DNA from: Centroscyllium fabricii
Taxonomy: Eukaryota
Direction of reading: 5' to 3'
Assembly: GCA_051313645.2 (NCBI GenBank)
Contig: JBNRSN020000194.1
Coordinates: 372,001-436,000, forward strand
DNA: 64,000 nt
Part shown: positions 1 to 15,000 of the stretch, one piece after another
How the letters are laid out: every line of letters starts with the position of its first letter
Position numbering within the stretch: the stretch's first letter is position 1
Program-made: the position numbers and the translations under genes
The notes under the pieces: model-generated
The model's database searches: none
Seen by the model: only the letters and a program-made list of their open reading frames with translations
Told to the model about the DNA's origin: nothing

Positions 1-3000
1 TACTTGGAGTACCCGCCCCTGACAGAGAATACTCGGAGCTCCCGCCCCTGACTGAGAATACTTGGAACACACACCCCTGACTCAGAATACTCGCAGCACA
101 CACCCCTGACTGAGAATACTCGGGTCACCCGCTCCTGACTGAGAATACTCGGAGCACCTGCCCCTGACTGAGAATACTCGGAGCACCCGTCCCTGACTGA
201 GAATACTCGGAGCACCCACCCCTGACTGATAATACTTGGAGCATCCACCCCTGACTGAGAATACTTGGAGTAACCGCCCCTGATTGAGAATATTCGGAGC
301 ACCCGCCCCTGACTGAGAATACAGAGAGAACCCGCCCCTGACTGAGGATACTGAGAGCACCCGCCGCTGACTGAGAATACTCAGAGTACCCGCCGCTGAC
401 TGAGGATATTCAGAGCAGTCGCCCCTGACTGAGGATACTTGGAGCACGCGCCCCTGACTGAGAATAGTCGGAGTACCCGCCCCTGACTGATGATACTGAG
501 AGCACTCGCCCCTGCCTGAGGATACTTGGAGCACCAGCCTCTGACTGAGAATACTTGGAGCACATGCCAATGACTGAGAATACTCGGAGTACACGCACCT
601 GACTGAGGATACTGAGAGCACCCACCACTGACTGAGGATACTCAGGGCACTCGCCCCTGACAGAGGAAACTCAGAGTACCCGCCCCTGACTGAGGAGACT
701 CAGAGCACTTGCCCTTGACTGAGAATACTGAGGGCACCCGCCGCTGACTGAGATTACTCAGAGTACCCGTCCCTGACTGAGGATACTCAGAGTACCCTCC
801 CCTGACTGAGGATACTCAGAGCACCCGCCCCTGACTGAGAATACTCGGAGCACCAGCCTCTGACTGAGAATAATCGGGGCACCCGCCCCTGAATGAGAAT
901 ACTCAGACCACTCACCCCTGACTGAGAATACTCAGAGCACCCGCCCCTGACTGAGTATACTGAGAGCACCCGCCCCTGACTGAGAATACTCAGAACACCC
1001 GCCCCTGAGAATACTCGGAACACCCGCCCCTGACTTAGAATAATCGGAGCACCCGCCCCTGACTGAGAATACTCGGAGCACCCGCCACTGACTGATACTA
1101 CTCGGAGCACCCGCCCCTGACTCAGATTGCCTTTGGCAACCGGCGTGACTGAGAATACTCGGAGCTCCCACCCCTGACTGAGTATATTCAGAGCACCCGC
1201 CCCTGACTGAGAATACTCGGAGCTCCCGCCCCTGACTGAGTATACTCAGACCACTCACCCCTGACTGAGAATACTCAGAGCACCCGCCCCTGACTGAGTA
1301 TACTGAGAGCACCCGCCCCTGACTGAGAATACTCAGAGCACCCGCCCCTGAGAATACTCGGAACACCCGCCCCTGACTTAGAATAATCGGAGCACCCGCC
1401 CATGACTGAGAATACTCGGAGCACCCGCCACTGACTGATACTACTCGGAGCACCCGCCCCTGACTCAGAATGCGTTTGGCAACCGGCGTGACTGAGAATA
1501 CTCGGAGCTCCCACCCCTGACTGAGTATACTCAGAGCACCCGCCCCTGACTGAGAATACTCGGAGCTCCCGCCCCTGACTGAGTATACTCGGAGCACCCG
1601 CCCCTGACTGAGAATACTCGGAGCACACACCCCTGACTGAGAATACTTGGAGCACCCGCCTCTGACTGAGAATATTCGGAGCACTCGCCCCTGACTGAGA
1701 ATACTGAGAGCACCCGCCCCTGACTGAGGATAGTCAGAGCACCCACCCCTGACTGAGAATACTGAGAGCACCCGCACCTGACTGAGCATACTGAGAGCAC
1801 GCGCCCCTGACTGAGAATACTTAGAGCAACTGCCCCTGACTGAGAATATTGAGATCACCTGCTCCTGACTGAGAATACTGTGAGCACCCGCCCCTGACTG
1901 AGAATACTCGGAGCACACGCCCCTGACTGAGAATACTCGGAGCTCCCACCCCTGACTCAGAATACTGAGAGCACCCGCACCTGACTGAGAATACTCGGAG
2001 CACCCGCCCCTGACTGAGAATACTGAGAGCACCAGTCCCTGACTGAGAATACTGAGAGCACCTGCCCCTGACTGAGAATACCTGGAGCACCCGCCCCTGA
2101 CTGAGAATAGAGAGAGCACCCGCCCCTGACTGAGAATACTAGGAGTACCCGCCCCTGACAGAGAATACTCGGACCTCTCGCCCCTGATTGAAAATACTCG
2201 GAGCACCCGCCCCTGACTTCGAATAATCGGAGCACCCGCCCCTGACTGAGAATACTCGGAGCACCCGCCACTGACTGATACTACTCGGAGCACCCGCCCC
2301 TGACTCAGAATGCCTTTGGCAACCGGCGTGACTGAGAATACTCGGAGCTCCCACCCCTGACTGAGTATACTCAGAGCACCCGCCCCTGACTGAGAATACT
2401 CGGAGCTCCCGCCCCTGACTGAGTATACTCAGACCACTCACCCCTGACTGAGAATACTCAGAGCACCCGCCCCTGACTGAGTATACTGAGAGCACCCGCC
2501 CCTGACTGAGAATACTCAGAGCACCCGCCCCTGAGAATACTCGGAACACCCGCCCCTGACTTAGAATAATCGGAGCACCCGCCCCTGACTGAGAATACTC
2601 GGAGCACCCGCCACTGACTGATACTACTCGGAGCACCCGCCCCTGACTCAGAATGCGTTTGGCAACCGGCGTGACTGAGAATACTCGGAGCTCCCACCCC
2701 TGACTGAGTATACTCAGAGCACCCGCCCCTGACTGAGAATACTCGGAGCTCCCGCCCCTGACTGAGTATACTCGGAGCACCCGCCCCTGACTGAGAATAC
2801 TCGGAGCACACACCCCTGACTGAGAATACTTGGAGCACCCGCCTCTGACTGAGAATATTCGGAGCACTCGCCCCTGACTGAGAATACTGAGAGCACCCGC
2901 CCCTGACTGAGGATAGTCAGAGCACCCACCCATGACTGAGAATACTGAGAGCACCCGCACCTGACTGAGCATACTGAGAGCACGCGCCCCTGACTGAGAA

Positions 3001-6000
3001 TACTTAGAGCAACTGCCCCTGACTGAGAATATTGAGATCACCTGCTCCTGACTGAGAATACTGTGAGCACCCGCCCCTGACTGAGAATACTCGGAGCACA
3101 CGCCCCTGACTGAGAATACTCGGAGCTCCCACCCCTGACTCAGAATACTGAGAGCACCCGCACCTGACTGAGAATACTCGGAGCACCCGCCCCTGACTGA
3201 GAATACTGAGAGCACCAGTCCCTGACTGAGAATACTGAGAGCACCTGCCCCTGACTGAGAATACCTGGAGCACCCGCCCCTGACTGAGAATAGAGAGAGC
3301 ACCCGCCCCTGACTGAGAATACTAGGAGTACCCGCCCCTGACAGAGAATACTCGGACCTCTCGCCCCTGATTGAAAATACTCGGAGCACCCGCCCCTGAC
3401 TTCGAATAATCGGAGCACCCGCCCCTGACTGAGAATACTCGGGGCACCTGCCCCTGACTGATACTACTCGGAGCACACACCCCGACTCAGAATGCCTTTG
3501 GCACCCGGCGTGACTGAGAATACTCGGAGCTCCCACCCATGACTGAATATACTTGGAGCACCCGCCCCTGACTGAGAATACTCGGAGCACACAACACTAA
3601 CTGAGAATATTTGGATCCCCCGCCCCTGACTGAGAATATTCGGAGCACTCGCCCCTGACTGAGAATACTGAGAGCACCCGCCCCTGACTGAGGATACTCA
3701 GAGCACCCGCCCCTGACTGAGAATACTCGGAGCTCCTGCACCTGACTGAGTATACTCGGAGCACCCGCCCTTGACTGAGAATACTCGGAGCACACAACCC
3801 TGACTGAGAATACTTGGAGCACCCGCCCCTGACTGAGAATATTCGGAGCACTCGCCCCTGACTGAGAATACTGAGAGCACCCGCCCCTGACTGAGGAAAC
3901 TCAGATCACCCACCCCTGACTGAGAATACTGAGAGCACCCGCAACTGACTGAGCATACTTAGTGAACGCGCCCCTGACTGAGAACACTTAGAGCACCTGC
4001 CCCTGACTGAGAATATTGAGAGCACCCGCTCCTGACTTAGAATACTGTGAGCACCCGCCCCTGACTGAGAATACTCGGAGCACACGCCCCTGACTGAGAC
4101 TACTCGGAGCTCCCGCCCCTGACTCAGAATACTGAGAGCACCCGCCCCTGACTGAGAATACTCAGAGCACCCGCCCCAGATTGAGAATACTGAGAGAACC
4201 AGCCCCTGACTGAGAATACTGAGCACACCCATCCCTGACTGAGAATGGTTGGAGCACCCACCCCTGACTGAGAATACTCGGAGCTCCCGCCCCTGACTGA
4301 GTATACTCGGAGCACCCGCCCCTGACTGAGAATAATCGGAGCACACAACCCTGACTGAGAATACTTGGAGCACCCGCCCCTGACTGAGAATATTCGGATC
4401 ACTCGCCCCTGACTGAGGATACTCAGAGCACCCAACCCTGACTAAGAATACTGAGAGCACCCGCACCTGACTGAGCATACTGAGAGCACGCGCCCCTGAC
4501 TGAGAATACTTAGAGCACCTGCCTCTGACTGAGAATATTGAGAGCACCCGCTCCTGACTGAGAATACTGTGAGCACCCACCCCTGACTGAGAATACTCGG
4601 AGCTCACGCCCCTGACTGAGAATACTCGGAGCTCCCGCCCCTGACTCAGAATACTGAGAGCACCTGCCCCTGACTGAGAATACTCGGACCACCCACCCCT
4701 GACTGAGAATACTGAGAGCACCAGCCCCTGACTGAGAATACTGAGAGCACCCGCCCCTGTCCGATACTACTCGGAGCACCCGCCCCTGACTCAGAATGCC
4801 TTTGGCACCCGGCGTGACTGAGAATACTCGGAGCTCCCACGCCTGACTGAGTATACTCAGAGCACCCGCCCCTGACTGAGAATACTCGGAGCACCCGCCC
4901 CTGACCGATACTACTTGGAGCACACGCCCCTGACTCAGAATGCCTTTGGCACCCGGCGTGACTGAGAATACTCGGAGCTCCCACGCCTGACTGAGTATAC
5001 TCAGAGCACCCACCCCTGACTGAGAATACTCGGAGCTCCCGCCCATGACTGAGTTAACTCGGAGCACCCGCCCCTGACTGAGTATACTCGGAGTACCCGT
5101 CCCTGACTGATGATACTGAGAGCACTCACCCCTGACTGAGGATACTTGGAGCACCTGCATCTGACTGAGAACACTTGGAGCAACCGCCCCTGACTGAGAA
5201 TACTCGGAGTACCCGCACCTGACTGAGGATACTGAGAGCACCCGCCCCTGACTGAGAATACTCAGATTACCCGCCCCTGACAGAGAAAACTCAGAGTACC
5301 CGCCCCTGACTGAGGATACTCAGAGTACCCGCCCCTGACTGAGAATACTCGGAGTACCCGTCCCTGACTGAGGATACTCAGAGTCCCCACCCCTGACTGA
5401 GGATACTCAGAGCACCCGCCCCTGACTAAGAATACTCAGAGTACCCGCCCCTGACTGAGGATACTCAGAGCACCCGCCCATGATTGAGAATACTCGGAGC
5501 ACCAGCCTCTGACTGAGAATAATCGGGGCACCCGCCCCTGAATGAGAATACTCAGAACACTCACCCCGACTGAGAATACTCAGAGCACCCGCCCCTGACT
5601 TAGTATACTGACAGCACCCGCCCCTGACTGAGAATACTCGGAGCACCCGCCCCTGACTGAGAATACTCGGAGCACCCGCCACTGACTTAGAATAATCGGA
5701 GCACCCGCCTCTGACTGAGAATACTAGGAGCACCCGCCTCTGACTGAGAATACTGAGAACACCCGCCACTGACTGAGAATACTCGGAGGTCCCGCCACTG
5801 ACACAGAATACTTGGAGTACCCGCCCCTGACAGAGAATACTCGGAGCTCCCGCCCCTGTCTGAGAATACTTGGAGCACACACCCCTGACTGAGAATACTC
5901 GCAGCACACAACCCTGACTGAGAATACTCGGGTCACCCGCCCCTGACTGAGAATATTCGGAGCACCTGCCCCTGAATGAGAATACTCGGAGCACCCGTCC

Positions 6001-9000
6001 CGGACTGAGAATACTCAGAGCACCCACCCCTGACTGATAATACTTGGAGCACGCGCCCATGACTGAGAATACTTGGAGTACCCGCCCCTGATTGAGAATA
6101 TTCGGAGCACACGCACCTGACTGAGAATACTGAGAGTACCCGCCCCTGACTGAGGATACTGAGCGCACCCGCCCCTGACTGAGAATACTCAGAGTTCCCG
6201 CCCCTAACTGAGGATACTCAGAGCCGTCACGCCTGACTGATGATACTGAGAGCACTCGCCCCTGACTGAGGATATTGGAGCACCCGCCCCTGACAGAGAA
6301 TACTCGGAGTACCCGCACCTGACTGAGGATACTGAAAGCACCCGCCGCTGACTGAGGAGACTCAGGGCACTCGCCCCTGACAGAGAAAACTGAGAGCACC
6401 TGCCCCTGACTGAGAATACTCAGAGCACTTGCCCTTGACTGAGAATACTGAGAGCTCCAGCCCCTGACTGAGAATACTCGGAGTACCCGTCCCTGACTGA
6501 GGATACTCAGAGTACCCGCCCCTGACTGAGGATACTCAGAGCACCCGCCCCTGACTGAGAATACTCGGAGTACCCGTCCCAGACTGAGGATATTCAGAGT
6601 ACCCGCCCCTGACTGAGGATACTCAGAGCACCCGCCCCTGAGAGAGAATACTCGGTGCACCAGCCTCTGACTGAGAATAATCGGGGCACCCGCCCCTGAA
6701 TGAGAATACTCAGACCACTCACCCTTGACTGAGAATACTCAGAGCACACGCTCCTGACAGAGAATACTGAGAGTACCCGCCCCTGACTGAGGATACTGAG
6801 CGCACCCGCCCCTGACTGAGAATACTCAGAGTACCCGCCCCTAACTGAGGATACTCAGAGCAGTCACCCCTGACTGATGATACTGAGAGCACACGCCCCT
6901 GACTGATGATATTGGAGCACCTGCCCCTGACTGAGAATACTCGGAGTACCCGCACATGACTGAGGATACTGAAAGCACCCGCCCCTGACTGAGGAGACTC
7001 AGGGCACTCGCCCCTGACAGAGAAAACTGGGAGCACCTGCCCCTGACTGAGAATACTCAGAGCACTTGCCCTTGACTGAGAGTGCTGAGAGCTCCCGCCC
7101 CTGACTGAGAATACTCGGAGCACCCGTCCCTGACTGAGGATACTCAGAGTACCCGCCCCTGACTGAGGATACTCAGAGCACCCGCCCCTGACTGAGAATA
7201 CTCGGAGTACCCGTCCCAGACTGAGGATATTCAGAGTACCCGCCCCTGACTGAGGATACTCAGAGCACCCGCCCCTGACTGAGAATACTCGGTGCACCAG
7301 CCTCTGACTGAGAATAATCGGGGCACCCGCCCCTGAATGAGAATACTCAGACCACTCACCCCTGACTGAGAATACTCAGAGCACCCGCCCCTGACTGAGT
7401 ATACTGAGAGCGCCCGCCCCTGACTGAGAATACTCGGAGCACCCGCCCCTGACTGAGAATATTCGGAGAACCCGCCCCTGACATAGAACAATCGGAGCAC
7501 CCGCCCCTGACTGAGAATACTCGGAGCACCCGCCCCTGACTCAGAATGCCTTGGCACCCGGCGTGACTGAGAATACTCAGAGCACACGCCCCTGACTGAG
7601 ACTACTCGGAGCTCCCGCCCCTGACTCAGAATACTGAGAGCACACGCCCCTGACTGAGAATACTCGGAGCACCCGCCCCAGATTGAGAATACTGAGAGAA
7701 CCAGCCCCTGACTGAGAATACTGAGAGCACCCATCCCTGACTGAGAATAACCGGAGCACCCGCCCCTGACTGAGAATACTCGGACCACCCGCCCCTGACT
7801 GAGAATAGTTGGAGCACCCGCCCCTGACTGAGAATACTCGGAGCTCCCGCCCCTGACTGAGTATACTCGGAGCACCCGCCCCTGACTGAGAATAATCGGA
7901 GCACACAACCGTGACTGAGAATACTTGGAGCACCCGCCCCTGACTGAGAATATTCGGATCACTCGCCCCTGACTGAGGATACTCAGAGCACCCACCCCTG
8001 ACTAAGAATACTGAGAGCACCCGCACCTGACTGAGCATACCGAGAGCATGCGCCCCTGACTGAGTATACTTAGAGCACCTGCCTCTGACTGAGAATATTG
8101 AGAGCACCCGCTCCTGACTGAGAATACTGTGAGCACCCGCCCCTGACTGAGAATACTCGGAGCACACGCCCCTGACTGAGAATACTCGGAGCTCCCGCCC
8201 CTGACTCAGAATACTGAGAGCACCTGCCCCTGACTGAGAATACTCGGACCACCCACCCCTGACTGAGAATACTGAGAGCACCAGCCCCTGACTGAGAATA
8301 CTGAGAGCACCCGCCCCTGACTTAGAATAATCGGAGCACCCGCCCCTGACTGAGAATACTCGGAGCACCCGCCCCTGACCGATACTACTCGGAGCACCCG
8401 CCCCTGACTCAGAATGCCTTTGGCACCCGGCGTGACTGAGAATACTCGAAGCTCCCACGCCTGATTTAGTATACTCAGAGCACCCGCCCCTGACTGAGAA
8501 TATTCGGAGCTCCCGCCCATGACTGAGTTTACTCGGAGCACCCGCCCCTGACTGAGAATACTCGGAGTACCCGTCCCTGACTGATGATACTGAGAGCACT
8601 CGCCCCTGACTGAGGATACTTGGAGCACCTGCCTCTGACTGAGAACACTTGGAGCAACCGCCCCTGACTGAGAATACTCGGAGTACCCGCACCTGACTGA
8701 GGATACTGAGAGCACCCGCCCCTGACTGAGGATACTCAGATTACCCGCCCCTGACAGAGAAAACTCAGAGTACCCGCACCTGACTGAGGATACTCAGAGT
8801 ACCCGCCCCTGACTGAGAATACTCGGAGTACCCGTCCCTGACTGAGGATACTCAGAGTCCCCACCCCTGACTGAGGATACTCAGAGCACCCGCCCCTGAC
8901 TGAGAATACTCAGAGTACCCGCCCCTGACTGAGGATACTCAGAGCACCCGCCCATGATTGAGAATACTCGGAGCACCAGCCTCTGACTGAGAATAATCGG

Positions 9001-12000
9001 GGCACCCGCCCCTGAATGAGAATACACAGACCACTCAACCCGACTGAGAATACTCAGAGCACCCGCCCCTGACTTAGTACACTGACAGCACCCGCCCCTG
9101 ACTGAGAATACTCGGAGCACCCGCCCCTGACAGAGAATACTCGGAGTACCCGCACCTGACTGAGGATACTGAAAGCACCCGCCCCTGACTGAGGAGACTC
9201 AGGGCACTCGCCCCTGACAGAGAAAACTGAGAGCACCTGCCCCTGACTGAGAATACTCAGAGCACTTGCCCTTGACTGAGAATACTGAGAGCTCCAGCCC
9301 CTGACTGAGAATACTCGGAGTACCCGTCCCTGACTGAGGATACTCAGAGTACCCGCCCCTGACTGAGGATACTCAGAGCACCCGCCCCTGACTGAGAATA
9401 CTCGGTGCACCAGCCTCTGACTGAGAATAATCGGGGCACCCGCCCCTGAATGAGAATACTCAGACCACTCACCCTTGACTGAGAATACTCAGAGCACACG
9501 CACCTGACAGAGAATACTGAGAGTACCCGCCCCTGACTGAGGATACTGAGCGCACCCGCCCCTGACTGAGAATACTCAGAGTACCCGCCCCTAACTGAGG
9601 ATACTCAGAGCAGTCACCCCTGACTGATGATACTGAGAGCACACGCCCCTGACTGATGATATTGGAGCACCCGCCCCTGACTGAGAATACTCGGAGTACC
9701 CGCACATGACTGAGGATACTGAAAGCACCCGCCCCTGACTGAGGAGACTCAGGGCACTCGCCCCTGACAGAGAAAACTGGGAGCACCTGCCCCTGACTGA
9801 GAATACTCAGAGCACTTGCCCTTGACTGAGAATACTGAGAGCTCCAGCCCCTGACTGAGAATACTCGGAGTACCCGTCCCTGACTGAGGATACTCAGAGT
9901 ACCCGCCCCTGACTGAGGATACTCAGAGCACCCGCCCCTGACTGAGAATACTTGGAGTACCCGTCCCAGACTGAGGATATTCAGAGTACCCGCCCCTGAC
10001 TGAGGATACTCAGAGCACCCGCCCCTGACTGAGAATACTCGGTGCACCAGCCTCTGACTGAGAATAATCGGGGCACCCGCCCCTGAATGAGAATACTCAG
10101 ACCACTCACCCTTGACTGAGAATACTCAGAGCACACGCATCTGACTGAGAATACTCAGAGTACCCGCCCCTGACTGAGGATACTGAGCGCACCCGCCCCT
10201 GACTGAGAATACTCAGAGTACCCGCCCCTAACTGAGGATACTCAGAGCAGTCACCCCTGACTGATGATACTGAGAGCACACGCCCCTGACTGAGGATATT
10301 GGAGCACCCGCCCCTGACAGAGAATACTCGGAGTACCCGCACATGACTGAGGATACTGAAAGCACCCGCCCCTGACTGAGGAGACTCAGGGCACTCGCCC
10401 CTGACAGAGAAAACTGAGAGCACCTGCCCCTGACTGAGAATACTCAGAGCACTTGCCCTTGACTGAGAGTGCTGAGAGCTCCCGCCCCTGACTGAGAATA
10501 CTCGGAGCACCCGTCCCTGACTGAGGATACTCAGAGTACCCGCCCCTGACTGAGGATACTCAGAGCACACGCCCCTGACTGAGAATACTCGGAGTACCCG
10601 TCCCAGACTGAGGATATTCAGAGTACCCGCCCCTGACTGAGGATACTCAGAGCACCCGCCCCTGACTGAGAATACTCGGTGCACCAGCCTCTGACTGAGA
10701 ATAATCGGGGCACCCGCCCCTGAATGAGAATACTCAGACCACTCACCCCTGACTGAGAATACTCAGAGGACCCGCCCCTGACTGAGTATACTGAGAGCGC
10801 CCGCCCCTGACTGAGAATACTCGGAGCACCCGCCCCTGACTGAGAATATTCGGAGAACCCGCCCCTGACTTAGAACAATCGGAGCACCCGCCCCTGACTG
10901 AGAATACTCGGAGCACCCGCCCATGACTCAGAATGCCTTTGGCACCCGGCGTGACTGAGAATACTCGGAGCTCCCACCCCTGACTGAGTATACTCAGAGC
11001 ACCCGCCCCTGACTGAGAATACTTGGAGCTCCCGCCCCAGACTGAATATACTCGGAGCACCCGCCCCTGACTGAGAATAGTCGGAACACACACCCCTGAC
11101 TGAGAAAACTTGGAGCACCCGCCCCTGACTGAGAATATTCGGAGCAGTAGCCCCTGACTGAGAATACTGAGAGCAACCGCCCCTGACTGAGGATACTCAG
11201 AGCACCCACCCCTGACTGAGAATACTGAGAGCACCCGCACCTGACTGAGCATACTGAGAGCACGCGCCCCTGACTGAGAATACTTAGAGCACCTGCCCCT
11301 GACTGAGAATATTGAGAGCACCCGCCTTTGACTGATAATACTGTGAGCACCCGCCCTGTCTGAGAATACCCGGAGCACCCGCCCCTGACTGAAAATACTC
11401 GGGTCACCCGCCCCTGACTGAGAATACTCGGAGCACCCGCCACTGACTGAGAATACTGAGAGCACCCGCCCCTGGCTGAGAATACCCGGAGCACCCACCC
11501 CTGACTGAGAATAGTCAAAGCACCCGCCAATGACTGAGAATACTCGGAGCACCCGCCACCGACTGAGAATATTGAGAGCACCCGCCCCTGACTGAGATTA
11601 CTCGGAGCACCCGTCCCTGTCTGAGAATACTGAGAGCACACACCCCTGACTGAGAATACTCAGAGCACCCGCCCCTGACTGAGAATACACAGAGCACCAC
11701 CCCCCTGACTGAGATTACTGAGAACACCCGCCTCTGACTGAGAATATTTGGAGTACCCGCCCCTGACTGAGAATACTCGGAGCACCCGCCCCTGACTGAG
11801 AATATTCAGAGCACCCACCACTGACTGAGAATACTCGGAGCACCCAACCCTGACTGAGAATACTCAGAGCACCCGCCCCTGACTGAGAATACTCAGAGCA
11901 CTCGCCCCTGACTGTGAATACTTGGTGTACCCACCCCTGACTCAGAATACTTGGAGTACCCACCCCTGACTGAGAATACTCAGGGCACCCGTCCCTGACT

Positions 12001-15000
12001 GAGAATACTAGGACTACCCACCCCTCACTGAGAATACTCAGAGCACCTGCCCCTGACTAAGAATACTAGGAGCACCCTTCCCTGACTGAGAATACTCGGA
12101 GCACCCGCCTCTGACTGAGAATACTAGGAGCACCCGCCTCTGACTGAGAATACTGATAGCACCCGCCACTGACTGAGAATACTCGGAGCTCCCGCCCCTG
12201 ACTGAGAATACTCGGAGCACCCGCCCCTGTCTGAGAATATTCAGAGCACCCACCCCTGACTGAGAATACTCTGAGCTCCCGACCCTGACTGAGAATACTC
12301 AGAGCACCCGCCCCTGACTGAGAATACTCAGAGCACTCGCCCCTGACTGCGAATACTTGGTGTACCCGCCCCTGACTCAGAATACTTGGAGTACCCGTCA
12401 CTGACTGAGAATACTAGGAGCACCCGCCTCTGAATGTGAATACTGAGAGTACCCGCCACTGACTGAGAATACTCGGAGCTCCCGCCCCTGACTCAGAATA
12501 CTTGGATTACCCGCCCCTGACAGAGAATACTCGGAGCTCCCGCCCCTGACTGAGAATACTTGGAGCACACACCCCTGACTCAGAATACTCGCAGCACATA
12601 CCCCTGACTGAGAATACTTGGGTCACCCGCCCCTGAATGAGAATACTCGGAGCACCTGCCCCTGACTGAGAATACTCGGAGCACCCAACCCTGACTGATA
12701 ATACTTGGAGCACCCACCCCTGACTGAGAATACTTGGAGTAACCGCCCCTGATTGAGAATATTCGGAGCACCCGCCCCTGACTGAGAATACTGAGAGTAC
12801 CCGCCCCTGACTGAGGATACTGAGAGCACACGCCGCTGACTGAGAATACTCAGAGTACCCGCCGCTGACTGAGGATATACAGAGTATTCGCCCCTGACTG
12901 AGGATACTAGGAGCTCCTGCCCCTGACTGAGAATACTTGGAGTGCCCGCCCCTGACTGATGATACTGAGAGCACTCGCCCCTGACTGAGGATACTTGGAG
13001 CACCTGCCTCTGACTGAGAATACTTGGAGCACCCGCCCATGACTGAGAATACTCGGAGTACCTGCACCTGACTGAGGATACTGAGAGCACCTACCCCTGA
13101 CTGAGGATACTCAGGGCACTCGCCCCTGACAGAGAAAACTCAGAGTACCCGCCCCTGACTGAGGAGACTCAGAGTACCCGCCCCTGACTGAGGATAATCA
13201 GAGCACCCGCCCCTGACTGAGAATACTCGGAGCACCAGTCTCTGACTGAGAATAATCGGGGCACCCGCCCCTGAATGAGAATACTCAGACCACTCACCCC
13301 TGACTGAGAATACTCGGAGCACCCGCCCCTGACTTAGAATAATCGGAGCACCCGCCCCTGACTGAGAATACTTGGAGCACCAGCCCCTGACTGATACTAC
13401 TCGGATCACAGGCCTTTGACTGAGAATGCCTTTGGCACCCGGCGTGACTGAGAATACTCGGAGCTCCCACCCCTGACTGAGTATTCTCAGAGCACCCGCC
13501 CCTGACTGAGAATACTCAGAGCTCCCGCCCCTGACTGAGTATACTCGGAGCACCCGCCCCTGACTGAGAATACTCGGAGCACACACCCCTGACTGAGAAT
13601 ACTTGGAGCAGCCGCATCTGACTGTGAATATTCGGAGCACTCGCCCCTGACTGAGAATACTGAGAGCACCCGCCCCTGACTGAGGATTGTCAGAGCACCC
13701 ACCCCTGACAGAGAATACTGAGAGCACCCGCACCTGACTGAGCATACTGAGAGCACGTGCCCCTGACTGAGAATACTTAGAACAACTGCCCCTGACTGAG
13801 AATTTTGAGATCACCCGCTCCTGACTGAGAATACTGTGAGCACCCGCCCCTGACTGAGAATACTCGGAGCACACGTCCCTGACTGAGAATACTCGGAGCT
13901 CCCGCCCCTGACTCAGAATACTGAGAGCACCCGCCCTTGACTGAGAATACTCAGAGCACCCGCTCCTGACTGAGAATACTGAGAGCACCAGTCCATGACT
14001 GAGAATACTGAGAGCACCTGCCCCTGACTGAGAATACCCGGAGCACCCGCCCCTGACTGAGAATAGAGAGAGCACCCGCCCCTGACAGAGAATACTCGGA
14101 GTACCCGCCCCTGACTGAGAATACTCGGACCACTGGCCCCTGACTGAGAATACTCGGAGCACCCGCCCCTGACTTAAAATAATCGGAGCACCTGCCCCTG
14201 ACTGAGAATACTCGGTGCACCAGCCTCTGACTGAGAATAATAAGGGCACCCGCCCCTGAATGAGAATACTCAGACCACTCACCCTTGACTGAGAATACTC
14301 AGAGCACACGCACCTGACTGAGAATACTGAGAGTACCCGCCCCTGACTGAGGATACTGAGCGCACCCGCCCCTGACTGAGAATACTCAGAGTACCCGCCC
14401 CTAACTGAGGATACTCAGAGCAGTCACCCCTGACTGATGATACTGAGAGCACACGCCCCTGACTGAGGATATTGGAGCACCCGCCCCTGACACAGAATAC
14501 TCAGAGTACCCGCACATGACTGAGGATACTCAGAGCACCCGCCCCTGACTGAGAATACTCGGAGTACCCGTCCCAGACTGAGGATATTCAGAGTACCCGC
14601 ACCTGACTGAGGATACTCAGAGCACCCGCCCCTGACTGAGAATACTCGGTGCACCAGCCTCTGACTGAGAATAATCGGGGCACCCGCCCCTGAATGAGAA
14701 TACTCAGACCACTCACCCCTGACTGAGAATACTCAGAGCACCCGCCCCTGACTGAGTATACTGAGAGCGCCCGCCCCTGACTGAGAATACTCGGAGCTCC
14801 CACCCCTGACTGAGTATACTCAGAGCACCCGCCCCTGACTGAGAATACTTGGAGCTCCCGCCCCAGACTGAATATACTCGGAGCACCCGCCCCTGACTGA
14901 GAATAGTCGGAGCACACTCCCCTGACTGAGAAAACTTGGAGCACCCGCCCCTGACTGAGAATATTCGGAGCAGTAGCCCCTGACTGAGAATACTGAGAGC